Of a stretch of DNA of 44,224 nt, positions 1 to 9,659 are shown piece by piece. This DNA comes from Lysobacterales bacterium. GTDB taxonomy: Bacteria; Pseudomonadota; Gammaproteobacteria; Xanthomonadales; Ahniellaceae. Made by a program: the position numbers and the translations under genes. Position 1 is the first letter of the stretch. Every line of letters begins with the position of its first letter. The notes under the pieces are model-generated. The model was not told where the DNA came from. It ran no database searches and saw only the letters and a program-made list of their open reading frames with translations. The stretch is taken from contig JANMSL010000729.1 of the NCBI GenBank assembly GCA_031389245.1, forward strand, positions 1 through 44,224, given 5' to 3'.

Positions 1-138
1 CTGGGTGGAAATGGCTACATCAACGAATATCCGACTGGACGATTGCTGCGCGACGCCAAGCTGTATGAGATTGGCGCCGGGACCAATGAAATCCGCCGCA
101 TGCTGATCGGACGTGAACTTTTTGCCGCGACCCGTTGA
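1..138 (+). CDS. ivd: Isovaleryl-CoA dehydrogenase, C-terminal 45 codons plus stop (5' end lies outside the window)
   Basis: Frame 1 reads [45 protein letters not shown] then TGA at 136-138. This is the highly conserved acyl-CoA dehydrogenase C-terminus in its IVD/LiuA-like form ([21 protein letters not shown]). The ORF is not in the track because it has no start inside the window. Confidence 0.75.
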   Translation: MGGNGYINEYPTGRLLRDAKLYEIGAGTNEIRRMLIGRELFAATR

Positions 139-281
139 CGCGCATTTGACATCGACACTGTCGCAGCTGAACTTCGGTCGGCTTGACCAAGAAAATTAAC
201 ACCCGGCGCGTTGACGGTAGCAAATTTGGACGCTTTCGCTGCTATGTTCTAGGTCAGTCGAAACCGGGGTCGAGACCAGCG

Positions 282-1793
282 ATGGATTTCCTGTTTGCTC
301 CCGAAACCCAGGCCAGCAAGCCCGCCTGGAAAGTATTGATCATCGATGATGAGCCCGAGGTGCACAACGTCACCCGCCTCGTCCTCGGCAACTTTCGTTT
401 TGAAAATCGCAGCATTGAATTCGTGCATGCTTATTCGGCCAAAGAGGCGCGACAGAAATTACGCGAGCACACCGACCTGGCAGTGATGCTGCTGGATGTG
501 GTGATGGAAACCGATCAGGCCGGCCTGGAGCTGGTGCGTTTCGTGCGCGAAGAATTGCAAAACCACTTCGTGCGTATCGTGCTGCGCACCGGCCAGCCCG
601 GGCAGGCGCCCGAGCAGGAAGTGATCGCCAATTACGACATCAACGACTACAAGGAAAAGACCGAACTCACTGCGCAGAAACTGTCCACGATGATGTACGC
701 AACACTGCGCGCACATCGTGACATCATGACCATCGAGGCCAGCAAGCGCGGGCTCGAGCGCGTCATCGAGTCTTCTGCAAAGATCTTTTCACTGCACGAG
801 TCGCACGAATTCGCCTCGGCAGTATTGGCGCAGCTGACCAACCTGATGAGCATGGATCGGGGCGCGCTGTACTGCAAAGTGGTGCGCCCCGAATCGTCCA
901 CACCAGACCATTTTGTAGTCGCCGCCGCGACTGGCGATTACGCGCAATTCGTCAACGCCAACGCCGACGAAAGCCTGCCGCCGCAGATCGCCGATTCTCT
1001 GCGCGCTGCTTACTCCAGCAAGAGCCATCAATTCACTCGCGACCACTACGTTCTGCATTTCACCGACAGCCACCGCAGCGAGAGCCTGCTTTACGTTGGT
1101 GAGGCCTGGGATCTTTCGCCAATGGACATGAAATTGGTCGAGGTGTTCTGCACCAATGTCTCGATCGCGTTCGAAAACCTGCACCTGCAGCGCGAACTTT
1201 TCGGCGGCCAAGTCGAAATGGTGACCTTGCTCGCCGGGCTGGCCGAGAGTCGTTCGCGCGAAACGCTGGCGCATGTCAAGCGCGTCGGCATGATCGCCAA
1301 CCTGCTCGGCGAAGTCTGGGGACTGGATGCAAAATCGCGCGAAATGTTGCGCTACGCCGCTCCGCTGCACGACATCGGCAAGATTGGCATTCCGGATGCG
1401 ATTCTCAACAAGCCCGGGGCGCATACGCCGGCGGAGAGTGCGGTGATGCGCACGCATGCGGCCCTGGGTGCGCAATGGCTGTCGGGTTCGCGACTTCCGT
1501 TATTGCAACTGGCCGCGGTTGTCGCCGAGGACCATCACGAGAACTGGGATGGCAGCGGCTACCCGCGCGGCCTGAAGGGCGAGGAAATTTCGGTCGGCGG
1601 GCGTATCACCGCCTTGGCCGATGTGTTCGACGCACTCGGTAGCAAGCGCTGTTACAAGGAAGCCTGGGAACCCGAAGCCATCCGCGCGTTCATCACGCAG
1701 CAATCCGGCATCAAGTTTGATCCGCGGCTGGTGCGGATCCTGTTTGATAACTGGGAACGCGCCTTCGAGATCCGCGGCGATATGCCGGATTGA
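282..1793 (+). CDS. Response regulator with receiver domain, central DUF3369/GAF-like region and HD-GYP phosphohydrolase domain (probable c-di-GMP phosphodiesterase)
   Basis: The track ORF 183-1793 starts at a TTG. The first ATG is at 282 (MDFLFAPE...). Receiver motifs: KVLIIDDEPEV and AVMLLDVVMETD. HD motif: APLHDIGKIGIPDAIL. GYP motif: HHENWDGSGYPRGL. Confidence 0.8.
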   Translation: MDFLFAPETQASKPAWKVLIIDDEPEVHNVTRLVLGNFRFENRSIEFVHAYSAKEARQKLREHTDLAVMLLDVVMETDQAGLELVRFVREELQNHFVRIVLRTGQPGQAPEQEVIANYDINDYKEKTELTAQKLSTMMYATLRAHRDIMTIEASKRGLERVIESSAKIFSLHESHEFASAVLAQLTNLMSMDRGALYCKVVRPESSTPDHFVVAAATGDYAQFVNANADESLPPQIADSLRAAYSSKSHQFTRDHYVLHFTDSHRSESLLYVGEAWDLSPMDMKLVEVFCTNVSIAFENLHLQRELFGGQVEMVTLLAGLAESRSRETLAHVKRVGMIANLLGEVWGLDAKSREMLRYAAPLHDIGKIGIPDAILNKPGAHTPAESAVMRTHAALGAQWLSGSRLPLLQLAAVVAEDHHENWDGSGYPRGLKGEEISVGGRITALADVFDALGSKRCYKEAWEPEAIRAFITQQSGIKFDPRLVRILFDNWERAFEIRGDMPD

Positions 1794-1825
1794 ATCAGTC
1801 GCGGGTGCTGCACGCTCTGCCTGTC

Positions 1826-4789
1826 TCAGCGCGGCTGCCACTCGACGGTGACGCCCAACTCGCGGCCGAGCCGATATTCACGCGTGATCTCGCTGCCCTG
1901 CTTGTACTCGATCTTGGGATCGAGCAGATTGCGCAAACGCAATTTGAGCGTCCAGTTTTTGGCCAGGGCATGACGCCAGTTGAAATCGAGTACGTGCAGC
2001 GGCTGCTCATAAATATCCGGCGCGCCGAATACACCAACCTGAGAAATGCGTTTTCCGGCCACGTTGTAGAGCAGTGTTGCCTCGTCGTCGCCATCCGGTG
2101 ATTTGTAGCCAAGCTGCAGGTTCATTACGTAGGGCGACTGACCCTGCAGCGGACGTGACGAATTGGTCTGGATGTCATTGGCCGCGCCCAGCTCGATGTT
2201 GGATTCGATCCAGCTGAAGTTGGCGGCGGTATAGAACTGCTGCAAGCGATCACTGACGAAACCCAGGCTGCGGAAATAGTCGATTTCGATACCGTAATTG
2301 CGCGCCGAATCGGCGTTGTCCAGCGACACCAAACTGCCGGTGCCGGGCACTTGGATCTTCTCGATGGGTTGATCGAAATCCTTCAGGAACAGCGCGACGC
2401 TGAGCGATTCGGTGTAGGAAAAATAGTGCTCCCAGCGCGCGTCGAAATGGCGGATGCTGGTCGGCACCAGGTTCGGATTGCCAATGGTTTCAAGGTCGAG
2501 CAACGGATCGGTATACGGCGCCGACGACAGTTCGCGGAAGTCCGGTCGCGAAACGGTCTCGGCGATGGTAAATCGCAACTGGTCGTCGTCTGAGTAGAGC
2601 CAGGTAAAGCCGAGGCTGGGCAGCCAGTCTGCGCTGTTGATCGCAGCCACTACGGGCACCGCGTCGGGCACGCCGAGCTGGAACGTGCTCACTTCCTGCG
2701 CGTTGTCTTCGTAGCGCACGCCGGCGGTAAAGCGGTACTTGCTTTTCCAGTTGAGGTCAGCGCCCAGGAACAGCGCATCAAGCTCCTGGTCGGCAACGTA
2801 ATTGTCGGTGCCGCGCGTGGTCTCACGCAGTTCGAAACCGTTGGGACCGATGTTGGCGGGATTGAGAATGTCATCAAGATCGAAGTTGCCGATGACATTG
2901 GGATCATTGGCCAGCGGGCCGACGCCGACAAAACTGAAACGACGGATCTGTGAATCGCGATCACGACGCAGCACCCCGCCGCCTGCGCTCAGATCGAGAT
3001 AGGTATCGTCGTTGAGCATGGTCGGCAGCTTGAACCCGAAGCTGAAGTCCTGACTGTCGTCGTCGAGTTCGGCAAACACGGTCGAGTTGCTGTCGGAGCG
3101 CCGCGAAAACGAAAATGCCTGGCTGGCATTGTCGCGGTCGTAGCGATAGCGACGCGTATTGGGCGATTCACGCGTGGCTTCGGCCAGGGTGTATTGCCAG
3201 TTCAGATTGAGATCCTTCAGGCCAGGAAAGCGGTGCTCACCGGCGAGTTGCTCAGCGATCAATGCATTCTCGATCCACTCCAGCTCGGTGAACCGCGACA
3301 CGTCACCCGGGTCTTCCGGATAGCCGGTCGACTGCTGCGTCTGGTCTTCGCTGTTGCGCAGCAACAGGGTGGTGCTCTTGAGCCGGTGATCGGCGCCCAA
3401 ATCGAGGCCAGCAACCAGGAACGCCGAAAGCTCAATGTTCTGCAGGCTGCGCTGAACATCGAGCTCGCTGGCCTGCACCAGCTCGTTCTGGCCGACCACA
3501 GCGAACTCGCGACGAACTTCATCGAAGTTGTCGTAGGTATTGCTGTAACGCAACGCGCCGAGCAAGCCGAGCTTGTTATCGCCCAGGTCAAAGCTGTTGC
3601 CGAGCGCAGCGCTGAACCCGGTATCCGGCTTGATCGTGGTGCGCGTATCGACGTTATAGTTTCCAGCCAGCGCCTCGCCGAACTGTTCCAGTTCGGCTGC
3701 CGAGGAACCGCCAGGATTGGTCGGCGACTGGGGCCGCAGCACGGTACCGCCCGCAGTCGCTGCGGCCAGCGCTCCAGGCAACTGGCGCGCGCTGTCGAAG
3801 CCAGTCCAGTCGTTGGAATCGCCAACATAACTCAGGCCATCGTCGAACGTACTGTCCTGCACGTAGCCAAGGCTCAGCCCCAACTTGGCGATGAAGCCCG
3901 CAGGTACGCCACGCGTGCGCAGCTGCACGGTACCGCCACCGAATTCTGCCGGCAGATCAGGTGACCAGGACTTCTGCACTACGACACCATCGAGAATCTC
4001 GGTCGGAAACAGGTCGAGCGGAATCGTGCGTCGCGTCGGATCTGGACTCGGAATCTGCGCGCCATTGAGCAGCACGCTGGAATAGCGATCGCCGAGTCCG
4101 CGCACAAACACGAACTTGCCGTCGACAACGGTGAGGCCGGTGACGCGCTTGAGCGTGGTGGCGGCGTCGGAGTCGCCGGTGCGCGCAATCTGTTCGGCGC
4201 TGATCGCCTCGGTCACGTTGGCCGTGGTGCGACGTTCGTCGACGTAGAGCTCCTGACCTCCCTCGACAATGGTGCCTTCAACTTCAACGCCGGCCATTTC
4301 CGTTGCGTCCAGATCGCCCGGCGGCAGGGCGTCTGCGGAGGTATCCGCAGTATCCGCACCGCCCGCGACCACTGCCGCTGGCGCAACTGCGGCAGTCGAA
4401 CTGCCGACCGTGTTCATTACCACTTTCCATTCCACCGCAGCGGCATTTTTTATCGAGAAGTTGTTCGCCGAAAAACTGTCAAAGCCGGCGAGGTCGGCCA
4501 TTACGCCATAGTCCCCTGCCGGCAGGCTCAGACTGAAGCGCCCGGCGGCATCGGACACCAGCTTGTGCGACTGGTCATAGACCGCTTCGCTCACGCCCAT
4601 CACGTTGATTTGCGCACCCGCCAACGGCTTGCCGGCCCCATCCTGCACCAGACCGGAAACACTGGCCTGCTGTTGCTCTGCTGCGACTGCGGGCATCGGC
4701 AGGCAGGCGACAAAACCGCCGGCCAGTGCGCTGGCAATGAGCAACGGCAATGCCGCGAGGCGCGGCTTGGAATTCGACTGAATGTGCAT
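1826..4789 (-). CDS. TonB-dependent receptor with N-terminal carboxypeptidase-regulatory-like domain
   Basis: 987 aa with a signal peptide (LLIASALAGGFVACLPMPAVAAE). CarboxypepD_reg-like segment: VSGLVQDGAGKPLAGAQINV...AAGRFSLSLPAGDY. Plug motifs: AATTLKRVTGLTVVDGKFVFVRGLGDRYSSVLLNG. A long beta-barrel region follows. Confidence 0.85.
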   Translation of the reverse strand: MHIQSNSKPRLAALPLLIASALAGGFVACLPMPAVAAEQQQASVSGLVQDGAGKPLAGAQINVMGVSEAVYDQSHKLVSDAAGRFSLSLPAGDYGVMADLAGFDSFSANNFSIKNAAAVEWKVVMNTVGSSTAAVAPAAVVAGGADTADTSADALPPGDLDATEMAGVEVEGTIVEGGQELYVDERRTTANVTEAISAEQIARTGDSDAATTLKRVTGLTVVDGKFVFVRGLGDRYSSVLLNGAQIPSPDPTRRTIPLDLFPTEILDGVVVQKSWSPDLPAEFGGGTVQLRTRGVPAGFIAKLGLSLGYVQDSTFDDGLSYVGDSNDWTGFDSARQLPGALAAATAGGTVLRPQSPTNPGGSSAAELEQFGEALAGNYNVDTRTTIKPDTGFSAALGNSFDLGDNKLGLLGALRYSNTYDNFDEVRREFAVVGQNELVQASELDVQRSLQNIELSAFLVAGLDLGADHRLKSTTLLLRNSEDQTQQSTGYPEDPGDVSRFTELEWIENALIAEQLAGEHRFPGLKDLNLNWQYTLAEATRESPNTRRYRYDRDNASQAFSFSRRSDSNSTVFAELDDDSQDFSFGFKLPTMLNDDTYLDLSAGGGVLRRDRDSQIRRFSFVGVGPLANDPNVIGNFDLDDILNPANIGPNGFELRETTRGTDNYVADQELDALFLGADLNWKSKYRFTAGVRYEDNAQEVSTFQLGVPDAVPVVAAINSADWLPSLGFTWLYSDDDQLRFTIAETVSRPDFRELSSAPYTDPLLDLETIGNPNLVPTSIRHFDARWEHYFSYTESLSVALFLKDFDQPIEKIQVPGTGSLVSLDNADSARNYGIEIDYFRSLGFVSDRLQQFYTAANFSWIESNIELGAANDIQTNSSRPLQGQSPYVMNLQLGYKSPDGDDEATLLYNVAGKRISQVGVFGAPDIYEQPLHVLDFNWRHALAKNWTLKLRLRNLLDPKIEYKQGSEITREYRLGRELGVTVEWQPR

Positions 4790-4955
4790 GAGCTGAGTCC
4801 GGAACGGGAGGGCGCGGTGGTCGAGACGAACACGCGGTGCACTGCAAATTACTTCCGTTGCGTGACGAGTCGATGACGCAAAGGCTGCGTTGAGATTGCA
4901 GAGGGACCAAGCACCGGGCTAGGCTGGGTAATCGCCGTCACCAAGAAATGCCGCC

Positions 4956-7331
4956 ATGAAGCTGATCCGACGCACTCTCATCCTGCTGATCCTTCTGCTG
5001 TTTTTCCTTCTGGCAAGCCTCTGGTGGCTGCTCCATGGCAGCCTCGCCAGGCTCGATGGCAACCAGGCATTGCCGGGACTCACAGCATCGGTGACGGTGA
5101 CGCGGGATGCCCGTGGCACGGTCGGCATCGACGCCGTTGACGCCACCGACGCGGCACGCGCGCTGGGATTCGTGCACGCGCAGGAGCGCTATTTTCAAAT
5201 GGATCTGTTGCGCCGGATGGCAGCGGGCGAGCTTTCGGAACTGGTCGGCGCGGCGGCCCTCCCAGTGGATCGTGCGCATCGAGCGCACCGTTTTCGCAGC
5301 CGTGCCGAACGCGCCATCGCTGCGTTGAGTGCGAGCGAACGCGCTCGCATCGAGGCCTACCGCGATGGCGTCAATGCCGGCATCGGCGCACTGCGCACGC
5401 GACCCTGGGAATACTTTGCATTGCGTCAGCGGCCGGTGCCGTGGCGCAGCGAAGACAGTGCGCTGGTGATCTATGCGATGTTTTTCGATCTCAACAGCGA
5501 TGGTGCCAATCTGCGCGAGCTGAACCTGGCGCGGATGCACGCGGTGCTGCCGCCCGAGCTGGTCGGCTTCCTGGTGCAGCCCGGGAGCGAGTGGGATGCC
5601 CCGTTGACCGGCCTGGCGATGCCAGCGGTTCCCATTCCTGAAGTGCAGACCATTGATCTGCGCACCTTGCCCGCGACCAGCAGCGCACTGGCGCGGCTCG
5701 ATGCAGCGGATCTTGACCACTTTGTCGGCAGCAACAATTTCGCTGTGGCCGGATCGTTGACACTTGACGGTGCCGCGTTGGTCGCCGATGACATGCACCT
5801 CGGACTCGGTGTGCCGTGCATCTGGTTTCGTGCGCAATTGCGCTACACCGACGCCAGCGCGGTCGGCGGCAAGGTGCAACTCGATGGCGTCACGCTGCCC
5901 GGCGTTCCTGGCCTGGTTGCGGGCAGCAATGGTCACATCGCCTGGGGCTTCACCAACAGCTACGGGGACTGGACCGACTGGATACGCGTGCAGCGCGATG
6001 CATCCGACCCCAAACGCTATCGCAACGCCGACGGCCTGGCGAACATTGTCACGCACCGTGAAACCCTGCACGTCGCCAACGCCGCCGACGAATATCTGCT
6101 GATCGAAGATACCGAGTGGGGTCCGATCCTGGCCAAGGATGCCGATGGCACCGAACTGGCGCTGATGTGGACGGCGCACGAGCCACGCGCGATCAACATG
6201 CGTATGTTTGAGATCGATCAGGTCAGGAATGTCGAGCAGGCTCTGGCGCTGGCTCCAAGGCTGGGCATGCCGGCGCAGAATTTCGTCGTCGGCGATCGCG
6301 AAGGGCGCATCGGCTGGACACTCACCGGCAATGCCATACCGCTGCGCGTCGGCTTTGATGGTCAGGCACCCACCGACTTCGCAGAGGGCAGCGCCCGCTG
6401 GCAGGGCTGGCTCGACGCAGCGGACTACCCGCGCATCATTGATCCGCCACAACAACGGCTTTGGACCGCCAATGCACGCACCGTCGATGGCCACTGGCTT
6501 GGACTGGAAGGCGATGGTGGCTTCGACCTCGGTGCGCGCCAGCAGCAGATCCGCGACGATCTGTTTGCGACCAGGAAATTCGGCACCGAGCAAATGCTGG
6601 CGATTCAACTCGACGATCGCGCTGTGTTCCTCCAGCGCTGGCATGAATTGCTGAGCGAGGTACTGCTGACAACGCCGGCACAAGAGCTCGCGGCCCTGCG
6701 TGCGCAGACCGATCGGTGGTCGGGCAAAGCCAGCATCGACTCGGTGGACTACCGGTTGACGCGCGCCTTCCGTCTAAACGTCATCGAAGCGGTATTGGCG
6801 CCGTGGCAGGACTTGGTCAAGCGCAGATTCAACGATTTCGAGTTGCCATCGGCGCAGGGTTACGAGGCGGCCGTGTGGGCAATGATCGAAGCCCGTCCGC
6901 CGCACCTGCTCGATCGCCAGTATGCCGATTGGAATGCTTTACTGGTTGCGGCCGCCGAGCGCGTCGACAGCGAACTGGGACAGCAACCTGGCGGCATTGC
7001 GGCACGCAACTGGGGCGAGCGCAACACCAGCAATATCCATCACCCGCTGTCGGGTGCACTGCCCGGTTTTCTTGCGCGTCGACTCGACATGCCGCGCCAG
7101 CCGCTGCCGGGCGACAATAATATGCCGCGCGTACAGTCACCTGAGTTCGGCGCCTCGCAGCGCTTCGCCATCGCCCCGGGGCACGAAGACCAGAGTTACT
7201 TGATGTTGTCCGGTGGCCAGAGCCCGCACCCGCTGTCGCCGTTCCATGGCGCCGGTCATGACGACTGGGCTCGGGGCGTGCCGACGCCGCTGCTACCGGG
7301 ACCGACTCAGCATCGACTGACATTGCAGTAG
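4956..7331 (+). CDS. Penicillin acylase family protein (Ntn hydrolase, MEROPS S45-like; AHL/pyoverdine-acylase-type)
   Basis: 791 aa with an N-terminal membrane anchor or signal (LILLILLLFFLLASLWWLL). Alpha-subunit motif: HAQERYFQMDLLRR. Candidate autoproteolytic nucleophile junction: FVG-SNNFAVAG. The size is typical of the family. Confidence 0.85.
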   Translation: MKLIRRTLILLILLLFFLLASLWWLLHGSLARLDGNQALPGLTASVTVTRDARGTVGIDAVDATDAARALGFVHAQERYFQMDLLRRMAAGELSELVGAAALPVDRAHRAHRFRSRAERAIAALSASERARIEAYRDGVNAGIGALRTRPWEYFALRQRPVPWRSEDSALVIYAMFFDLNSDGANLRELNLARMHAVLPPELVGFLVQPGSEWDAPLTGLAMPAVPIPEVQTIDLRTLPATSSALARLDAADLDHFVGSNNFAVAGSLTLDGAALVADDMHLGLGVPCIWFRAQLRYTDASAVGGKVQLDGVTLPGVPGLVAGSNGHIAWGFTNSYGDWTDWIRVQRDASDPKRYRNADGLANIVTHRETLHVANAADEYLLIEDTEWGPILAKDADGTELALMWTAHEPRAINMRMFEIDQVRNVEQALALAPRLGMPAQNFVVGDREGRIGWTLTGNAIPLRVGFDGQAPTDFAEGSARWQGWLDAADYPRIIDPPQQRLWTANARTVDGHWLGLEGDGGFDLGARQQQIRDDLFATRKFGTEQMLAIQLDDRAVFLQRWHELLSEVLLTTPAQELAALRAQTDRWSGKASIDSVDYRLTRAFRLNVIEAVLAPWQDLVKRRFNDFELPSAQGYEAAVWAMIEARPPHLLDRQYADWNALLVAAAERVDSELGQQPGGIAARNWGERNTSNIHHPLSGALPGFLARRLDMPRQPLPGDNNMPRVQSPEFGASQRFAIAPGHEDQSYLMLSGGQSPHPLSPFHGAGHDDWARGVPTPLLPGPTQHRLTLQ

Positions 7332-7392
7332 GAGCGCACCAGGGCGCGACCGATCGTAGCGTAACCTTGGTCGCGCCCGGGTGCGCTCCTAC
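7328..7392. repeat. REP-like inverted repeat pair forming a long hairpin; the acylase stop codon is embedded in the left arm
   Basis: The left arm GTAGGAGCGCACCAGGGCGCGACC (7328-7351) pairs with the right arm GGTCGCGCCCGGGTGCGCTCCTAC (7369-7392). Pairing is 23 of 24 positions, with a 17-nt loop. The acylase TAG stop is at 7329-7331. Confidence 0.7.
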
Positions 7393-7462
7393 GCACGCGT
7401 TAACTTCCGGACCTCGGTCGCGCCCGGGTGCGCTCCTACGCATGCGATAACATCCGGGTCTC
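7369..7462 (+). repeat. 47-bp tandem direct repeat, two copies, each starting with a REP unit
   Basis: Copy 1 is 7369-7415 (GGTCGCGCCCGGGTGCGCTCCTACGCACGCGTTAACTTCCGGACCTC). Copy 2 is 7416-7462 (GGTCGCGCCCGGGTGCGCTCCTACGCATGCGATAACATCCGGGTCTC). I count 5 mismatches. Confidence 0.85.
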
Positions 7463-7479
7463 ACTCAGGGGTTTGTGCT

Positions 7480-8793
7480 ATGCGTGATTTGCTTATCCTC
7501 GCGTTGCTCGCTGCAACAAGTACTGCGGTCGGTGCCGCCACTGATGCCCGCGTTGGCGCGGCGCAGGTCAACGCCCAAGTCCTCGCCTGGCGGCGCGATA
7601 TTCATCAGCATCCAGAACTCGGCAATCGCGAGACGCGCACGTCGGCCCTGGTCGCCGAACAGCTGAAATCGCTGGGCCTGAGCGTACAGACCGGCGTCGC
7701 CAAGACCGGTGTGATCGGATTGCTCAAAGGCGCCCTGCCCGGCCCGCGCATTGCCATCCGCGCCGATATGGACGCGTTGCCGGTAGAAGAACAGGGAACT
7801 CTGCCGTTCGCATCGAAAGTGCGCACGCAGTTCAATGGCATCGACGTCGGCGTGATGCACGCCTGCGGCCACGATGCGCATACCGCGATGACGCTTGGCG
7901 TGGCGACCGCGTTGGCCGGCATGCGCGATCAGCTCAAAGGCGAAGTGATGTTCATTTTCCAGCCGGCCGAGGAAGGTCCGCCCGCGGGCGAGGAAGGCGG
8001 CGCCGACCTGATGCTGAAAGAGGGTCTGTTCGAGCGCATGCGACCCGATGCCGTATTTGGCATGCACGTGTTCTACACCCTGCACGCTGGCCAGATCGGC
8101 GTGCGCGAGGGGCCGATACTGGCCGGTTCCGACCGTTTTCAGATCAAAGTGATGGGCAAGCAGACGCATGGCGCGCAACCGTGGCGCGGCGTCGATCCGA
8201 TCACCACCGCAGCATTGATCATCAACCAGGCGCAGACCATCGTCAGCCGCCAGCTCAACATTTCGGAGTTGCCCGTGGTGCTCAGCTTTGGCATGATCCA
8301 TGGTGGCCTGCGCTGGAACATCATTCCGGATCAGGTACTGCTCGAAGGCACCATTCGCAGCTTCGATGCCGGCATGCGCCAGCAGGCATTCGACGCGCTG
8401 CAGCGCATTGCCGAACACGTCGCCGCGGCGCAGGGTGCCAGCGTCGAAACGGTGATTCCGATGCCCGAAGCGGTCAATCTGGTGACCCGCAACGACCCGG
8501 CATTGACGCGGCGCATGCGCGCCAGTCTGGAACGTGCGGTGGGTGCCGACAACGTGCTGAATATCCCGCCAAGCATGGTCGCGGAAGACTTTTCGGCGTT
8601 CGCGGCCGAGGTCCCCGGCATGTATTTTTTTGTCGGTTCGGTCCCGCCCGCGAAGGATCTGAAAGACGCCGAACCCAATCACTCACCGCGATTCTTTCTT
8701 GACGAGGCTGCGCTTGAAATAGGCACGCGCGCGATGCTTCAGGTGGCGCTGGACGCGCTGGACGGCGGTGTCGTAGCAACGACAATACCCTAG
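7480..8793 (+). CDS. M20 family amidohydrolase (aminoacylase / hippurate hydrolase-like), secreted
   Basis: The ATG at 7480 gives the signal peptide MRDLLILALLAATSTAVGAA. The upstream part of track ORF 7381-8793 runs through the REP repeats. M20D-type motifs: WRRDIHQHPELGNRE, IRADMDALPV, MHACGHDAH, FIFQPAEEG. Confidence 0.85.
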   Translation: MRDLLILALLAATSTAVGAATDARVGAAQVNAQVLAWRRDIHQHPELGNRETRTSALVAEQLKSLGLSVQTGVAKTGVIGLLKGALPGPRIAIRADMDALPVEEQGTLPFASKVRTQFNGIDVGVMHACGHDAHTAMTLGVATALAGMRDQLKGEVMFIFQPAEEGPPAGEEGGADLMLKEGLFERMRPDAVFGMHVFYTLHAGQIGVREGPILAGSDRFQIKVMGKQTHGAQPWRGVDPITTAALIINQAQTIVSRQLNISELPVVLSFGMIHGGLRWNIIPDQVLLEGTIRSFDAGMRQQAFDALQRIAEHVAAAQGASVETVIPMPEAVNLVTRNDPALTRRMRASLERAVGADNVLNIPPSMVAEDFSAFAAEVPGMYFFVGSVPPAKDLKDAEPNHSPRFFLDEAALEIGTRAMLQVALDALDGGVVATTIP

Positions 8794-8830
8794 CCGCCGG
8801 ATTTTTCGAAATTGCACTGAAGCCACGCAG

Positions 8831-9553
8831 ATGACCAACAACGATTTCATCGAGGTCTACCCAGGTGTGATCAGCAAAGCCGACTGTGCGCGTGCCATTG
8901 CCCAGTTCAATGCCAGCAATCAGGCCACACGGGGCGCTACCGGCGCCGGCGTTGACATCAAGCTCAAGGACAGCTGGGACATCGACGTCACCGCGCGCGA
9001 AGAGTGGCAATGGCTGCAAAATGCGGTCGAGACCGCAGCCCTCGATGGCGTCTGCGCCTACGTGCGCAAGTATCCGTATACCGTGCTCGCGCCCCTGGCC
9101 TTGAAACGCCAGGATGCGGCCACCGGCGAACTGCTTGCCATTACTGCTGAAGACCTTGGCCTGCTCACGCCGGTGAATCTGCAATCGGTGGTCAAGCATT
9201 CTTTTCGTCCCGGAGGCCTGAATCTGCAGCGCTATATCGCTGACCAGGGCGGCTACCCCTACTGGCACTGCGAGCACTATCCCAGGCAAGACAGCACTGA
9301 GCCGCTCGGTCGTGTGTTGCTCTATTCGATTTATCTCAACGAGGGCTTCTATGCCGGCGAGACCGAGTTTGTGCATCAACAGCGCAAGATCACGCCGCGC
9401 ACCGGAGATCTGCTGATCGCGCCGGCATTCTTCACCCACACCCACCGCGGCAACCGCCCGATCGGCAGCGACAAATACCTCGCCACCAGTTGGATCCTGT
9501 ATCAGCACCCAGAGCAGCTGTTCGGAACCGCAATCAATGCCGGCAAGCGCTGA
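8831..9553 (+). CDS. Hypothetical protein, probably a 2OG-Fe(II) oxygenase superfamily member
   Basis: 240 aa. A possible H-x-E...H facial triad is present (WHCEHY ... FFTHTHRGNRP), with a beta-rich C-terminal half (LLYSIYLNEGFYAGETEFV). The assignment is from pattern memory only. Confidence 0.45.
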   Translation: MTNNDFIEVYPGVISKADCARAIAQFNASNQATRGATGAGVDIKLKDSWDIDVTAREEWQWLQNAVETAALDGVCAYVRKYPYTVLAPLALKRQDAATGELLAITAEDLGLLTPVNLQSVVKHSFRPGGLNLQRYIADQGGYPYWHCEHYPRQDSTEPLGRVLLYSIYLNEGFYAGETEFVHQQRKITPRTGDLLIAPAFFTHTHRGNRPIGSDKYLATSWILYQHPEQLFGTAINAGKR

Positions 9554-9659
9554 GGCGATGAACGCAGCCTATCCTGCAGTGATCCGGGTCGCGCCTTGCG
9601 CGCGGAAAATGCGCTACAAACAGCGCTGGTGACAGAGTAGCCATCCACGGCAGACCGCG

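Noticed and set aside
146-174. Sigma-70 promoter candidate TTGACA-17 nt-GAACTT upstream of the HD-GYP regulator
   Set aside because: The -10 hexamer matches TATAAT at only 2 of 6 positions, so there is no support beyond the -35 match.
4938-6683. 581-aa minus-strand ORF
   Set aside because: It lies entirely antisense to the well-supported penicillin acylase gene. The sequence is Arg/Ala/Gly-rich and low-complexity with no recognisable motifs, which is a typical high-GC shadow ORF.
7369-7462. Possible CRISPR-like array
   Set aside because: There are only two directly abutting 47-bp copies with no spacers. The repeat starts with a REP unit, so it is a tandem duplication and not a CRISPR array.
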